A stretch of DNA of 62,224 bases, counting the filler, from Pirum gemmata (Eukaryota), in assembly GCA_002812295.1 (NCBI GenBank). It is 16 parts of 16 records of this genome, joined end to end, with 100 filler letters (N's around TTAATTAATTAA, not from the genome) between each part and the next. Parts side by side here need not be neighbours in the genome. Positions count along the whole stretch, not along the records: positions 44,964 to 50,655 come from PDIN01002396.1; positions 50,756 to 54,295 come from PDIN01002397.1; positions 54,396 to 57,944 come from PDIN01002398.1; positions 58,045 to 62,224 come from PDIN01002400.1; 12 more parts are not named here. One strand, given 5' to 3'. This document shows, piece after piece, positions 49,280 through 61,440 of the stretch. The number at the start of each line of letters is the position of its first letter. Within the stretch, counting starts at the first letter, position 1. Position numbers and translations under genes: made by a program. A model generated the notes under the pieces. The model was not told the origin of the DNA and did not search any database. It saw nothing but the letters and a program-made list of their open reading frames with translations.

Positions 49280-50032
49280 GTATTCGGAGAATTATTGTGT
49301 TTTGGTTAGTATCAAAAGAACACCCCATTGTTGGGATGGGTGATCTTATTGAACCACAACACACAGTTTTGAATCGCGAAATGGCAGGTAAATATAAAAC
49401 AATAAAACAATAAAGCCATAAAATCATAAAATGTTAAAATGAAAAAATGATAAAAAATGATAAAAATGATAAAAATGATAAAAATGATAAAAATGATAAA
49501 AATAATAAAAATGATAAAAATGAAAAAATGATAAAATGATAAAATTGAAAAAAATGATAAAATAATAATAATGATAAAAATGATAAAAAAAATAAAATGA
49601 TAAAAATCATAAAATGATAAAAAGTGATAAAATAATAAAATGATAAAAAAGATCTAGATGATGAAAATGATCAAGATGATGAAAAATGATAAAATAATAA
49701 AATGATAAAATGATAAAAATGATATATAATGATAAAATGATAAAATTGATAAAAATGATAAAAAATGGTAAAATGGAAAAATAATAAAATATTAAAAAAT
49801 AAAGTAAAATAATGAAATAATGAATATCACACGAAATACTACCCCAATGAAACCAATACAAAATAATAAAATCCACTCTTCACAGTATGTTTTTTCTTTT
49901 TATTTGTTCTTGACACAATATTTTTTTTTTTATTAATTTTAATTAGAAATGCACCGATTGAAATTGATGAATGAAAGAAAATACCATAAGTCAAATTGGA
50001 ATAAACGAGAAATAGAATTGTGTGAGCATTAG
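49280..50032 (+). CDS. DUF4246-family protein, last two exons (49280-49387, 49947-50032)
   Basis: In-phase splice gives GIRRIIVFWLV...EPQH...REMAEMHRLKLMNERK...REIELCEH*. This matches the recalled family pattern GxRKILxxxLVDP...PPQQ...EAxxxRxxLMxER and the terminal LCEH. Confidence 0.78.
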
Positions 50033-50062
50033 AAATATGATTTATATAATAATAATAATAAN

Positions 50063-50248
50063 CTAACCCTAACCCTAACCCTAACCCTAACCCTAACCCT
50101 AACCCTAACCCTAACCCTAACTCTAATGCTAACCCTAATGCTAACCCTAACCCAATGCTAACCCAATGCTAACCCTAATGCTAACCCTAATGCTAACCGT
50201 AACCCTACCCCTAACCGTAACCCTAACCCTACACCTAATCCTAACCCA
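50063..50248 (+). repeat. Intronic (CCCTAA)n array with six TGCTAAC variants ending at a splice acceptor
   Basis: The array ends CCTAACCCATAG directly before the exon at 50252. Confidence 0.9.
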
Positions 50249-50251
50249 TAG

Positions 50252-50412
50252 GCAAATGTAAAATTCAAGGAGAAATAAATAATTTACCTAGAACATCAGA
50301 GACAGAAGGTTTGTATGAAGAATTGCAATTATTATTTGAGTCTTTTTGTCCAAAGTTTCAAACTGTATACGATAATTTCGAATTCAACAATTTTACGGAT
50401 ACTACCGTTCAG
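50252..50412 (+). CDS. DUF4246-family internal exon
   Basis: AG/GT-bounded exon KCKIQGEINNLPR...LYEELQLLFESFCPKF...TVQ, matching the recalled IxSYINNLxP...LY...F...P...LQV segment. Confidence 0.7.
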
Positions 50413-50832
50413 GTATTAATTTAACCTTGACCCAAAAATAGTTATATTGTTATATAGTTATTAGTTATATTGTTATATTGTTATATTGTTATATTGTTAG
50501 GACTGCTTTTCCTTTTTACTATTACTATTATATTGTTATATTGTTATATTGTTATATTGTTATATTGTTATATTATTATATTTTTATATTATTATATTGT
50601 TATATTGTTATATTGTTATATTGTTATATTGTTATATTGTTATATTGTTCTATTGNNNNNNNNNNNNNNNNNNNNNNNNNNNNNNNNNNNNNNNNNNNNT
50701 TAATTAATTAANNNNNNNNNNNNNNNNNNNNNNNNNNNNNNNNNNNNNNNNNNNNTAATTATGATTATAATCATAATTATAATAATATTATATAATAATG
50801 TATAATAATGTATAATAATATATAAAAATTAG

Positions 50833-52028
50833 GAGTATTTGATGTTATCGATTTGAATGGAGGTACTTTAACACTAGATCGTAAAACTGAGTGTACTAGT
50901 TACGGTTTTGAAATTATAAAAGGCGTCCTAGAAAGAAAACTTGGAAGCAAATATACACACCTGGATTCTTGCACCGAATTAAATTTAGAGGGTGCGAAGA
51001 TTATGAAAATCGATAAAAACTCCTTTAAAGGATTTGGACATTTATCATCAATTAAGCTTAGTAATAATCATTTAGTGGATGTCTCGGAGAAAAAATTTAT
51101 TAACTTTTTACCTAGCACAATTAAAATATTAGATTTGGCTGTTAACCGTATCAATGTATTAGAACCGAATTCGTTTAACAAATTAATTGAATTAAATGAA
51201 TTAGATTTGAATAATAATTTAATTGCTAATCTGAAAGTAGGTACATTTAGTAATATGAATAAATTTACCAACAAGAAGAAACAGCGTCGAAATGTTAACA
51301 ATAATATTAAAAGTAATTTAAATATTAATTTAAAGAACAACCGCATTGATTGCTGTTCTAGTGAGGAGGAGATTTTATTGTTAATGTCCAATTTACATAA
51401 TATAGAAATGGAGTGTTTTGGAACAAATAAAACAGCACCTGTTCTATTATCCCCTACAATCTGGAAATCTGAATATGAAAACAAATGTAACTCACTCAGC
51501 AAAATACATCATGAAGATAAGAAAAATAATCTAGCACTAATTTTAGGAGTAGTTGGCGGTGTACTAATCGCTGTCTTAATAGGTATTATAATAGTTGTAT
51601 ATGTATATAAAAGAAAAAAAGAAGAGAAAGATCTTTTAAATGGACAATCTGCTGCAGAATTTGTTCATGATGCGAAAGCTTATGATGACAACGTTCATGA
51701 CCCTAGCACTAACTGTAAAAATGATGTAGATAATAATGAGTATAATAACTTAGATGTGGATGAGCTAGATGGCAGTTCTTTGGTAGAATATAGAAATATA
51801 AACCCAGATTTTGAGTACTCCTGTGTGGATACCACGACAAACCCTGTTCCCGAGCCTAATGAATATGAGCTAGATGGTAGTTCTTTTATAGGATATAGAA
51901 ATACTGATGCGTACCTCAATATGAATCCCACGACAAACCCTGTTCCCAATCCTAATGAATATGCTGCTTATATTGATACGGAACCTAATGAATATGCTAG
52001 CCCCCTTTCTGTAAATTCTATTAGCTAA
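50833..52028 (+). CDS. Leucine-rich-repeat single-pass membrane receptor with Tyr-rich cytoplasmic tail; terminal exon
   Basis: Acceptor at 50832. LxxLxLxxNxL repeats, a Cys cap (NRIDCC...MEC), and a TM helix LALILGVVGGVLIAVLIGIIIVVYVY followed by KRKK. The tail has 10 Tyr. Confidence 0.88.
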
Positions 52029-52469
52029 TTCTTTTTCATTTTGGGGGGGATGGAACCTGATGGATAGACTATTTTTGAAAATAATTGGAAATTCAAAAAA
52101 ATTATGACATAAAAGTACCCCATTTGGGTTTGTTTTCTAGGAGTAGTTTACAACTTTTTTCGAATTTCGCTTCTTTTTTTTCAATCATTTAGAAAAAGAA
52201 AAGTCCGATGATTTTTCGAGCAATATATATCGAACTCATTTCCTTTTTAATAAAGGTTGTTCAAAAACAGATCTCGCCTTGGGCCCAAGTTGGCTTGAGC
52301 AAAATAGCAGAGAACTGTAGCAGAGACTAGCCCAGAAGGAAAAAGATAATTTTGACTTTAGGGCAACATTTTTTCCTGGAAGGCTGAACCTGCTGGCTCT
52401 CGAAATGGCTCACACAATATTAATACCTCTCATACTGTAATACCTTGGTTTTTATAGTACTTGTTTAAT

Positions 52470-52929
52470 ATGATAAAATTAATAATAACAAATACGAAAT
52501 TATTATTATTATTATTTTGATAACCATAATCATAATCATAATCATAATCATAATAATAACCATGTCATATTATGATTTATCGATATCTATAATATATAAA
52601 AAACTATGATGCATAAAAAAAAATCAGTAGTCTAATTGTCTACGTACCGTACGTGCAGTAGTAGACCCGTTAAATCTCCACTATCAATACTGGTAGGGGC
52701 TGATACTATTGATATGATGATATGTGATATCAGCCCTGGAGAGGCCAGATTCAAAAAAAAATTTTTTTTTTCATTATTTATTCATTTAGTAGTATAGAAG
52801 CCTTGAAATGGATTTTTTAAAATTAATACTATGACATGGTTATTATTATGATTATGATTATGATTATGATTATGGTTATCAAAATAATAGTAATAATAAT
52901 TTCGTATTTGTTATTATTAATTTTATCAT
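52470..52929. repeat. Near-perfect 100-bp inverted repeat (52470-52569 / 52830-52929)
   Basis: The arms are reverse complements with about one mismatch. The spacer is 260 bp. Confidence 0.85.
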
Positions 52930-53327
52930 TTATTCATTTGGTAGTATAGAAGCCTTGAAATGGATTTTTTAAAATTAATAATATGACATGGTTATTATTA
53001 TGATTTTTTAAAATTAATAAATATATAAAAAACATACCAGTTTGAATAAAATAGCTTGTATTTTTATTAATTTGGTACAATATTTTTCGCAGCAAATTTT
53101 GCATACTTTTTAGCATCCAATTTTTTAATTGATCGACTTTCGAACATAAGAAATTACTAAGAACAACTTGGAAATACAAAATCGAACGTGGTGGTTAATG
53201 GTAGGAATTAATGCTTTTCGCAGCTGTTTAAGAACAAAAGTCTTTTCTTTTTTTCATTTTGTTAGGAAACAAAGTTGGAAACAAGGCTGCGAAAGAGATG
53301 TGAACACTTCTAATTCCCACCTTTTTA

Positions 53328-53760
53328 CCATAAAATACAGTGAAATAACAGTATATACATAATCTAATTGGCTGAAAAAGGTGGGGATTAACACTAAAAA
53401 CCTAAAACCCTACTAGTGGATTAATAATCAGTACATATAATATAGATACGCTTTTATACAGTAGAAAATTAACTTATTAATCAAATAATGGTACGAAAAT
53501 AAGAAAAATAATAGTGACATTGATATTAGTATTGATATTAATATTGCCATAAAATACAGGGAAATAACAGTATATACATAATCTAATTGGCTGAAAAAGG
53601 TGGGGATTAACACTAAAAACCTAAAACCCTACTAGTGGATTAACAATCAGTATATATAATATAGATACGCTTTTATACAATAGAAAATTAACTTATTAAT
53701 CAAATAACAATGGTACGAAAATAAGAAAAATAATAGTGACGTTGATATTGGTATTGGTAT
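53328..53760. repeat. ~220-bp tandem duplication
   Basis: CCATAAAATACAG...GGTGGGGATTAACACTAAAAACC...AATAGTGAC occurs twice. Confidence 0.9.
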
Positions 53761-54116
53761 TGATGTTGATATTAATATTGATATAATATTAACAGCAATA
53801 TTCTTAATTATGATTTTTTAAAATCATAATCATAACCAAACCATAATCATAATCATTAATCATTATAATTATTATTATTATGATGATGATAAAATGATGA
53901 TGATAATGACAAAGATAATGATATTAAAATCGTAGTCCCAGCAATGTTCTTTTATTATGATTTTTTAAAATCATAATCATAACCAAACCATAATCATAAT
54001 CATAATAATAATAATAATGATGATGATGATGATGATAATGATTATGATAATGACAACGATTATGATATTAAAATACTCATAATTAATATCGATAGCTTAA
54101 TTAATGGTATTTAACT

Positions 54117-54290
54117 GTGCTTTTCATTTATTTTGTCACATTTATTTGGTTGGTTATGATATTTAAATTGGCATTTTTAAATGAATAAATAGAAAATAAT
54201 AAATACCAAATTAAATTAAATGGATTTATATTTTTTTAATTTGGTGCCCTTTATTTTGTATTTTATGATGACAAAACAACTGAAAAGCAC
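54117..54290 (+). mobile_element. MITE family A copy
   Basis: GTGCTTTTCATTTATTTTGTCA...TGACAAAACAACTGAAAAGCAC. Confidence 0.82.
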
Positions 54291-54537
54291 TAGACNNNNN
54301 NNNNNNNNNNNNNNNNNNNNNNNNNNNNNNNNNNNNNNNTTAATTAATTAANNNNNNNNNNNNNNNNNNNNNNNNNNNNNNNNNNNNNNNNNNNNAAATA
54401 TTTATTTATTTAAAAGTGTCAATTTAAATATTATAAACAACCAAACAAATATTCGGAGTGACAAAATAAATGAAAAGCACGTGCACGCGTACGATATAGA
54501 CTAATTGTAAAGATTTTAAGTCATGTATACGTAGCTA

Positions 54538-54722
54538 TCGTCTATTTCATTACAGTTAAAACGTTGTCATCTCAATCTTTAATTTGGTGCTGTTTAAGTG
54601 TATAAAATACAACATTAAATATAAAATACCAAACATGTTTTGATAGAACCCCAATGATGATTTGCTACGTTTTTAACGTTTATTTCAGTTTTTGAACTAG
54701 ACAACACTATTGAAAAACACGA
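54538..54722 (+). mobile_element. MITE family B copy with TA flanks
   Basis: TA|TCGTCTATTTCATTA...TATTGAAAAACACGA|TA. Confidence 0.78.
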
Positions 54723-54904
54723 TAATATTAATATATATTTATAGTTGTCTTAATAATCATCTTCGTAGTAACAATAGCAAGGTATGAATATATTAATAAT
54801 ATGTCATCATGTGAGTGTTTTGAAAAAGAAAGTCTAGGTCCCCAGGTCACCAGTGACCCACCACCCATATGCATGAGTTCGAAATTCATACATAAAATTA
54901 TGCA

Positions 54905-55316
54905 GGGTTATAATTAGGGTTAGGGTTAGGGTTAGGGTTATAATTAGGGTTAGGGTTAGGGTTAGGGTTAGGGTTAGGGTTAGGGTTAGGGTTAGGGTTA
55001 GGGTTAGGGTTAGGGNNNNNNNNNNNNNNNNNNNNNNNNNNNNNNNNNNNNNNNNNNNNNNNNTTAGGGTTAGGGTTAGGGTTAGGGTTAGGGTTAGGGT
55101 TAGGGTTAGGGTTAGGGTTAGGGTTAGGGTTAGGGTTAGGGTTAGGGTTAGAGTTAGGGTTAGGGTTTTTTTAAAATTATAATTAATTATTAATATCAAC
55201 TGTAGCTCCCCATTCTTTACCCTAACACCACAACCTGTTAAACCCTAACCCTAACCCTCTAGCTAGGCCTAACCCTAAAACCACTACGGTTCCTAACCCT
55301 AACCACTCCCTAACCC
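54905..55316. repeat. (TTAGGG)n array (54905-55166, with N-gap) facing a degenerate (CCCTAA)n array
   Basis: Directly visible. Confidence 0.85.
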
Positions 55317-55555
55317 ACCCACACCCACTCCCACACCCACTCCCATATATGATATATAATATATATTATATATTATTATGTGTGATATTGTACCCTGGGC
55401 CTTGGTTCGGATTGTTAGTGGGTTAATTCCTTTTAAGCTTATTTATATATATATTAATATAGTTTATAATTATAATAATTGTGCATGTACATTTAAATTA
55501 AGTTTGACTGAATTGGAGTTCTAAAGTATTATTTTTTAAAAGTTGGAATATCAAC

Positions 55556-57182
55556 TGATTATTGATGTAAAAATATTATGATTTAATTGTATATTAATAC
55601 TATATTAATTAAATATATATACGCAATGTAAATATTTTTAATTTTTTGGAATGAATTTTTATTTTTTTACATATTAATAATATTAAATTTGTTAGTTTAT
55701 TTTTATTATTAGTTGAGTTTATTGTGATATTATTATATATAATTATTTGATTCTATTATTTTTTATTTAATTTTTTATTTGTTTGTTTTTTGTCATTATT
55801 ATTAGACCAACTTTTAATCCATTATATTGAACGTATTTAATTACTATTTAATTGCTTTATTAATAATTCTTTCTCTAGCCTTTTGTACCCATTACCATTA
55901 TAACTCGCTATTTCACTTTGGTATTTAATATAATCCACTTTCTCTACATAATATTGTTGTCTTGCTCTTTTAGGTAGTTTATAATACTTAATAACGTTAA
56001 CGTATATTGCATCTGTTCTGAGTCACTATAATCACACGTGTACAACTCTCCAAATACGAATTGTTACTGAATTGCGGATAATTAGTAATATATGTTTTAT
56101 AGTCTACAACGTTAAAACTTGTGATAACGAAGGTTTAGCCAAATTTTTCAAAGCCCTTATAAAAGCAGCAGCCGGTATCATTGTATTCGGTAATATTTAG
56201 CTTGTCATAACTTGAACCAGTCTTCCTTTCTAACAGTTTGTGCTAGATTTTTCAATCCGTCATTCTTTAGTTAGAGTATATTATTGATCAGATCATCAAT
56301 CAACCTGTTAGCTATACCAAATGCTGGAATAGGTGCGTTTGAAATAAGACTTATCTAGGTTGTTATTAACCCAACCATTTGAAACTTTCCTGAGTTGTCT
56401 TTTGATTCCGAAGCTTAGTAGAAAAAGGAACCAATTTTCCTTTCTTGATAGATTGTAAATGTGTGTTATTGCCTTTTTTTAACACTTCACTTACTTTCTT
56501 TCGATAATTCTCGTGTATAATACATTTACTATAGTTGTAAATTATCATCATTTTGTCCAAGATCTTCCAGTCTTCTTTATAGATCGGTTTAATGCCATCT
56601 TCTACATAGTTTTCATTATTAGAACTTATAAACTTCATACCATCGTCAGGTTCCACATCTGAATATTCCACATCTGAATATTCCACTTCAGATCCACTAC
56701 AGTTATTATCTTCATGTTCTTCTATATCCAGGCATGTTATTAATATAGTTTACCTAATTACTAATATCTCACAGAGGGGAGAAGCATGTAAAAATATCAA
56801 TAAGTAGGTAAACTATATTAATTAATAGCATGTCTGGATACTGGAAGACTCAACAAACTAATCTTTTGGATTCCCAAGAGAAACCAAATAATAAAGAGAG
56901 AAGATATAAACTTAAAGCTAAGAAAAGACAAATTACCAATGTTAAGAAATCAGCAAAGAAAATAAATAAATAAATAAATAAAAAATTAAATAAAAAATAA
57001 TAGAAACAAATAAAAATATAATAATATCACAATAAACTAATAACAACAAACTAATAAATAAATATATTAATTAACATATATAAAAAAATAAAAATTCATT
57101 CCAAAAAATTAAATAAAAATATTTACAATGCGTATATATATTTAATATACAATAAATCATAATATTTTTACAATCGATATCA
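55556..57182. mobile_element. 1.6-kb element with ~220-bp terminal inverted repeats enclosing decayed coding sequence
   Basis: 55556-55790 and 56965-57182 are diverged reverse complements (e.g. TTTTTTGGAATGAATTTTTA / TAAAAATTCATTCCAAAAAA). A broken minus-strand ORF lies at about 55870-56720 and an internal hairpin at 56725-56840. No TSD seen. Confidence 0.65.
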
Positions 57183-57825
57183 TTTATAAATAAATAAATT
57201 CATATCTTAATAATGGTAATTGTAATCTAGAAATAAAATGTAAATAAAAAGTGATGATTTTGATGATTTATAAGGAGTCTATACACAAAGTACTTTTTTA
57301 TAGACCCTAGCTCCTGGTTTTAAACCCCTCAGAATAGTCATGTAATTATAAATGTATTGATAAACGCATAGTTAAGTTTAACTTCAATTAAGAATATATA
57401 TAAATTGTTATAATTTATTTTTATTTATTTAATAATTTTTTTATCTAGTTTTACAGTAGATTTATTTATGATATCGATAAGGTTAAAATTATAGAATGAT
57501 ATAGAGTGGTTAAATGATAGAAGTAAATTTATTACTATATACTCATTTTATACTTATAATTATTTTATTCAAGTATATATTTAGTTTTCAATAATTAAAA
57601 AAATAATTGCAACTTATAGTTAAAAACAAAATTGTTTATTATTATGTAAAATGCTTTCAGAAGAAATTTTATACTTTGTATATAAATGGTAAAATTTAAT
57701 ACAAATAAGAAGTTGGAATATAGGGCAAACAAGACGATTATATCTGCACAATACGATAAGATACAAATATGATAATATCATAATTATGATAATAATAAAA
57801 AACCATAATAATAATAACAATACAT

Positions 57826-57891
<66 letters not shown>

Positions 57892-58173
57892 AATAATAAT
57901 AATAATAATTATAATAATAATAATAATAATAATAATATTATACTNNNNNNNNNNNNNNNNNNNNNNNNNNNNNNNNNNNNNNNNNNNNTTAATTAATTAA
58001 NNNNNNNNNNNNNNNNNNNNNNNNNNNNNNNNNNNNNNNNNNNNTCTAATTCTAATTCTAATCCTGATCCTAATCCTAATCCTAATCCTAATCCTAATCC
58101 TAATCCTAATCCTAATCCTAATCCTAATCCTAATCCTAATCCTAATCCTAATCCTAATCCTAATATTAATCCC

Positions 58174-58204
<31 letters not shown>

Positions 58205-58282
58205 GTAGTAGTAATAATAATAATAGCAATAGAATTAGTAAACTCCTTTTCCCCACCTTTTGTTCTATCATTTTTATAATAG

Positions 58283-58417
58283 GAGCTATTAAAATCATCA
58301 ATGACATTAGCCGAACTACCGAAAACCGAGGAAGCCATGAAGTGCCATGCAAAGTTTGTGAGTAAATACGGTAGCTATCCTGATATGTTTCGAAAAGCAT
58401 CAAAAAAAGATACAATT
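58283..58417 (+). CDS. Isolated internal exon of an unidentified gene
   Basis: Long polypyrimidine tract plus AG, a 135-nt open frame ELLKSSMTLAELPKTEEAMKCHAKFVSKYGSYPDMFRKASKKDTI, and a GT donor. An open minus-strand frame also exists. Confidence 0.45.
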
Positions 58418-58630
58418 GTAAACCTTTATTGCTGTTCTTATTATTGTTGTGGTTGTGGTTGTGGTTGTGGTTGTGGTTATGTGGTTGTGTTGTGTTGCTG
58501 TTGTGTTGTATTGTTGTTGTGTTGTTGTTGGCATGGTTGTTACTTTTGTTTATCTTAAAACTTCTTTCTACTCGTTTATATTTATGAACCGGATGTGGGC
58601 TTTTTTTATTATATTGTGTGCCTGTCTGCC

Positions 58631-58710
<80 letters not shown>

Positions 58711-58768
58711 NGGAGGGGGGGGTAAAAGAGTAATAGATTTATTTAGGGTTACTTATGGGTTAGGGCAC

Positions 58769-59073
58769 CTTTTCTTTTAGCAGTTTAATGCGTGGGTCAT
58801 TTTTAAATACCCAATCAACCATTGCACTAACACGGGTACTTTCTTCTTTCTTTTTCTTTTTACGCTCGCCTAGATTTTTCTTTTCTAACCAGCGCTTCTC
58901 GTCACGGTTACTGCCTCTGGATGCATCTTCTGCATCTTCATAAGAAAATTCTCTCCAAGATTTAAAGTTGTACCAGAAATCGTAGAACTAAATAAAAGTA
59001 ATGAATTCAATAAGTATATATAATTTTTTTCAAATGCAATTGTCATTAGTGATTTTTTGTTTTTATCGTTCGG

Positions 59074-59107
<34 letters not shown>

Positions 59108-61440
59108 CACCCCACCACAAACATCCACACAAACACCCACCTACCCACCCACAAACACACCCACACAAGTAATAAATTAGTTAAATCAAATTTTACCGTT
59201 TCTACTTCTTCTTTTGTGGAATCGATAGTACCAAACGGTGGAACTGGCAATACTTCGGAGAAGCGACCATTTTCTTCAAAAATGGGTCCATACACCTTGA
59301 AAATTTCTTTTTGAGAACATTCAGGAGCATCATCGTCGAATTCAGGGTCACAACTATCGTAAGAACGACGTTTGGTAGGATCGTTAAGCCATTCGTGTGC
59401 TATTAAACAGTTAAAAAACATGGTATCAGTAATGGAATATAATCAAAACAACACAAAAGTTATCAATAACAACACAACAACACAACAACACAACCACAAA
59501 TATTAAAAAACAATAACGAACAATAACAGACGAGAAGGAACAATAACAAAGAAGAGAAAATAATGACAACAATGAACAATGAACAATAAACAATGGACAA
59601 TAAACAATGAACAATAAACAATGAACAATGAACAACAATCAAAGAACCATGAGCAATAATCATAAACAACAATCAAGGAACCATGAGCAATAATCATAAA
59701 CAACAAACAACAAACAACAAACAACAAACAACAAACAACAAACAACAAACAAGTAACAATTAACAATTAACAATAAACAATAAACAATAAACAATAAACA
59801 GTAAACAATAAACAATAACCAATAACCAATAACCAATAAATAATAAATAATAAATAATAAACAATAAACAATAAACAATAAACCATAAACCATAAACCAT
59901 AACCTTAACAATAAAAAATAAACAATAAAAAATAAACAACAAACAATAAACAATAAACAATAAACAATAAACAATAAACAATAAACAATAAACAATAAAC
60001 AATAAACAATAAACAATAAACAATAAACAATAAAAATAAACAATAAACTATAAACAATAAACAACAAACAACAAACAACAAACAACACGCAACAAGCAAC
60101 AAGCAACAAACAACAAACAACAAATAAAAATAAGAAATAGCTAAAAAAAATAAAATAATAATAATAACAAATAACAAATAACAAATAACAAATAACAAAT
60201 AACAAATAACAAATTACAAATAACAAATAACAAACAACAAATCACAAATCACAAATCACAAATCACAAATAACAAATAACAAATAACAAATAATAAATAA
60301 TAAATAACAAATAACAAATACACGGAATAAAACAACAATCACTTAATTAATCTAAACAAATAAATTGTTATCAGAAAAAATACCAATTTTTAAGCATTTG
60401 AAGTATGCATCATCGTCTTTCATTGATCCATCAGCGGTTTTTATTTTTGGTTTTTTATCTGGGTGATGTTTCATAACCATAAGTTTGTAAGCTCTATTAA
60501 TATGCTCATTTGTAGCTTTGTAACGAAGGTGGTGAAGACCAAGAAGTTCGTAGTGATCTTGTTTTTTCCATTCAGATGGATCAAGACCCTTTAAGTTAGT
60601 TTCCTAAATTAACCATTTCAGGATGATTTTTAGTTTGATGAGTTAAAAGGGACACACTAAAAACAAACAAAACCGTGATGGGTACGGTGTTTTTTACGAA
60701 CTCTCCTCCCCCAAGCAAAATTTTAAACCTAAAACCTAAAACCTAAAACTAAGACCTAAAAACCTAAAACCTAAAACCTAAAACCTAAAAACTAAAACCT
60801 AAAACCTAAAACCTAAAACCTAAAACCTAAAACCTAAAACCTAAAACCTAAAACCTAAAACCAAATACCCAAAAAAAGGTAATTTTAAACAACCCCCATA
60901 CCCAAAATCAACTAAAACCATTGTCAACGGCAAAATCAGATATATAATATATAAACGAATAATATATGAACGAATAAATAAAAAATACATAAAACATATC
61001 AAGTGCAATAAATTAAATGAAAGGTGAGATCAAAACAACTAATAAACTTAATAAACTAAAAATAAAATAAAAATAGATTTGACAAAATTAGAAAGGAAAA
61101 TAAAAAGGAACTAAAAACAAACAAAAACAAAATAAAAAGCAAAACACCAAAAACTAAACAACAACAAATAACAATAATATAATTAAATCACCTCAAACAA
61201 TTTATCGAAAACGTCACTTTCTTTATGCTCAACAGCTTCATCATCACTATCTAATTCTGCAGCTTCTTTTTCATCTTCTGATAGAGTACGTCCTCTAACT
61301 TTTCTTTGGGCGTAAAATTCAAAAGGTCTACCACAAGGTTCCACGTGAATTTTTAATCTGTCCGCCAGAGCACGATGTTGAGAGAGGTCTTGAGCAAAAT
61401 TAGCAGGCAAACCTGGGAAGGAAAAATCAACTTCAAGCAT
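58769..61440 (-). CDS. DNAJC2: Zuotin / DnaJ homolog subfamily C member 2, exons 1-4 (61440-61192, 60603-60384, 59399-59197, 58987-58769); 3'-partial
   Basis: All junctions are GT-AG and in phase. Motifs VEPCG, DPSEWKKQDHYELLGL, HHPDK, KRRSYDS, FYDFWYNFKSWREF and DPRI are the zuotin J-domain and zuotin-homology signatures. Confidence 0.95.
60727..60862 (-). repeat. (TTTTAGG)n telomere-like heptamer array in DNAJC2 intron 1
   Basis: (AAAACCT)n is visible on the + strand. Confidence 0.9.

Noticed and set aside
48163..49309. Many 60-220-aa Leu/Phe/Val/Cys or poly-LT/poly-LG ORFs here and elsewhere in the ORF track
   Set aside because: They are translations of microsatellites, telomeric arrays or antisense strands of real genes.
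59402..60383. Rule that introns carry T/G-rich satellites on the sense strand (DNAJC2, NUDCD1, P4-ATPase)
   Set aside because: The DUF4246 intron 49388-49946 is A-rich on the sense strand, and there are too few introns to support a rule.
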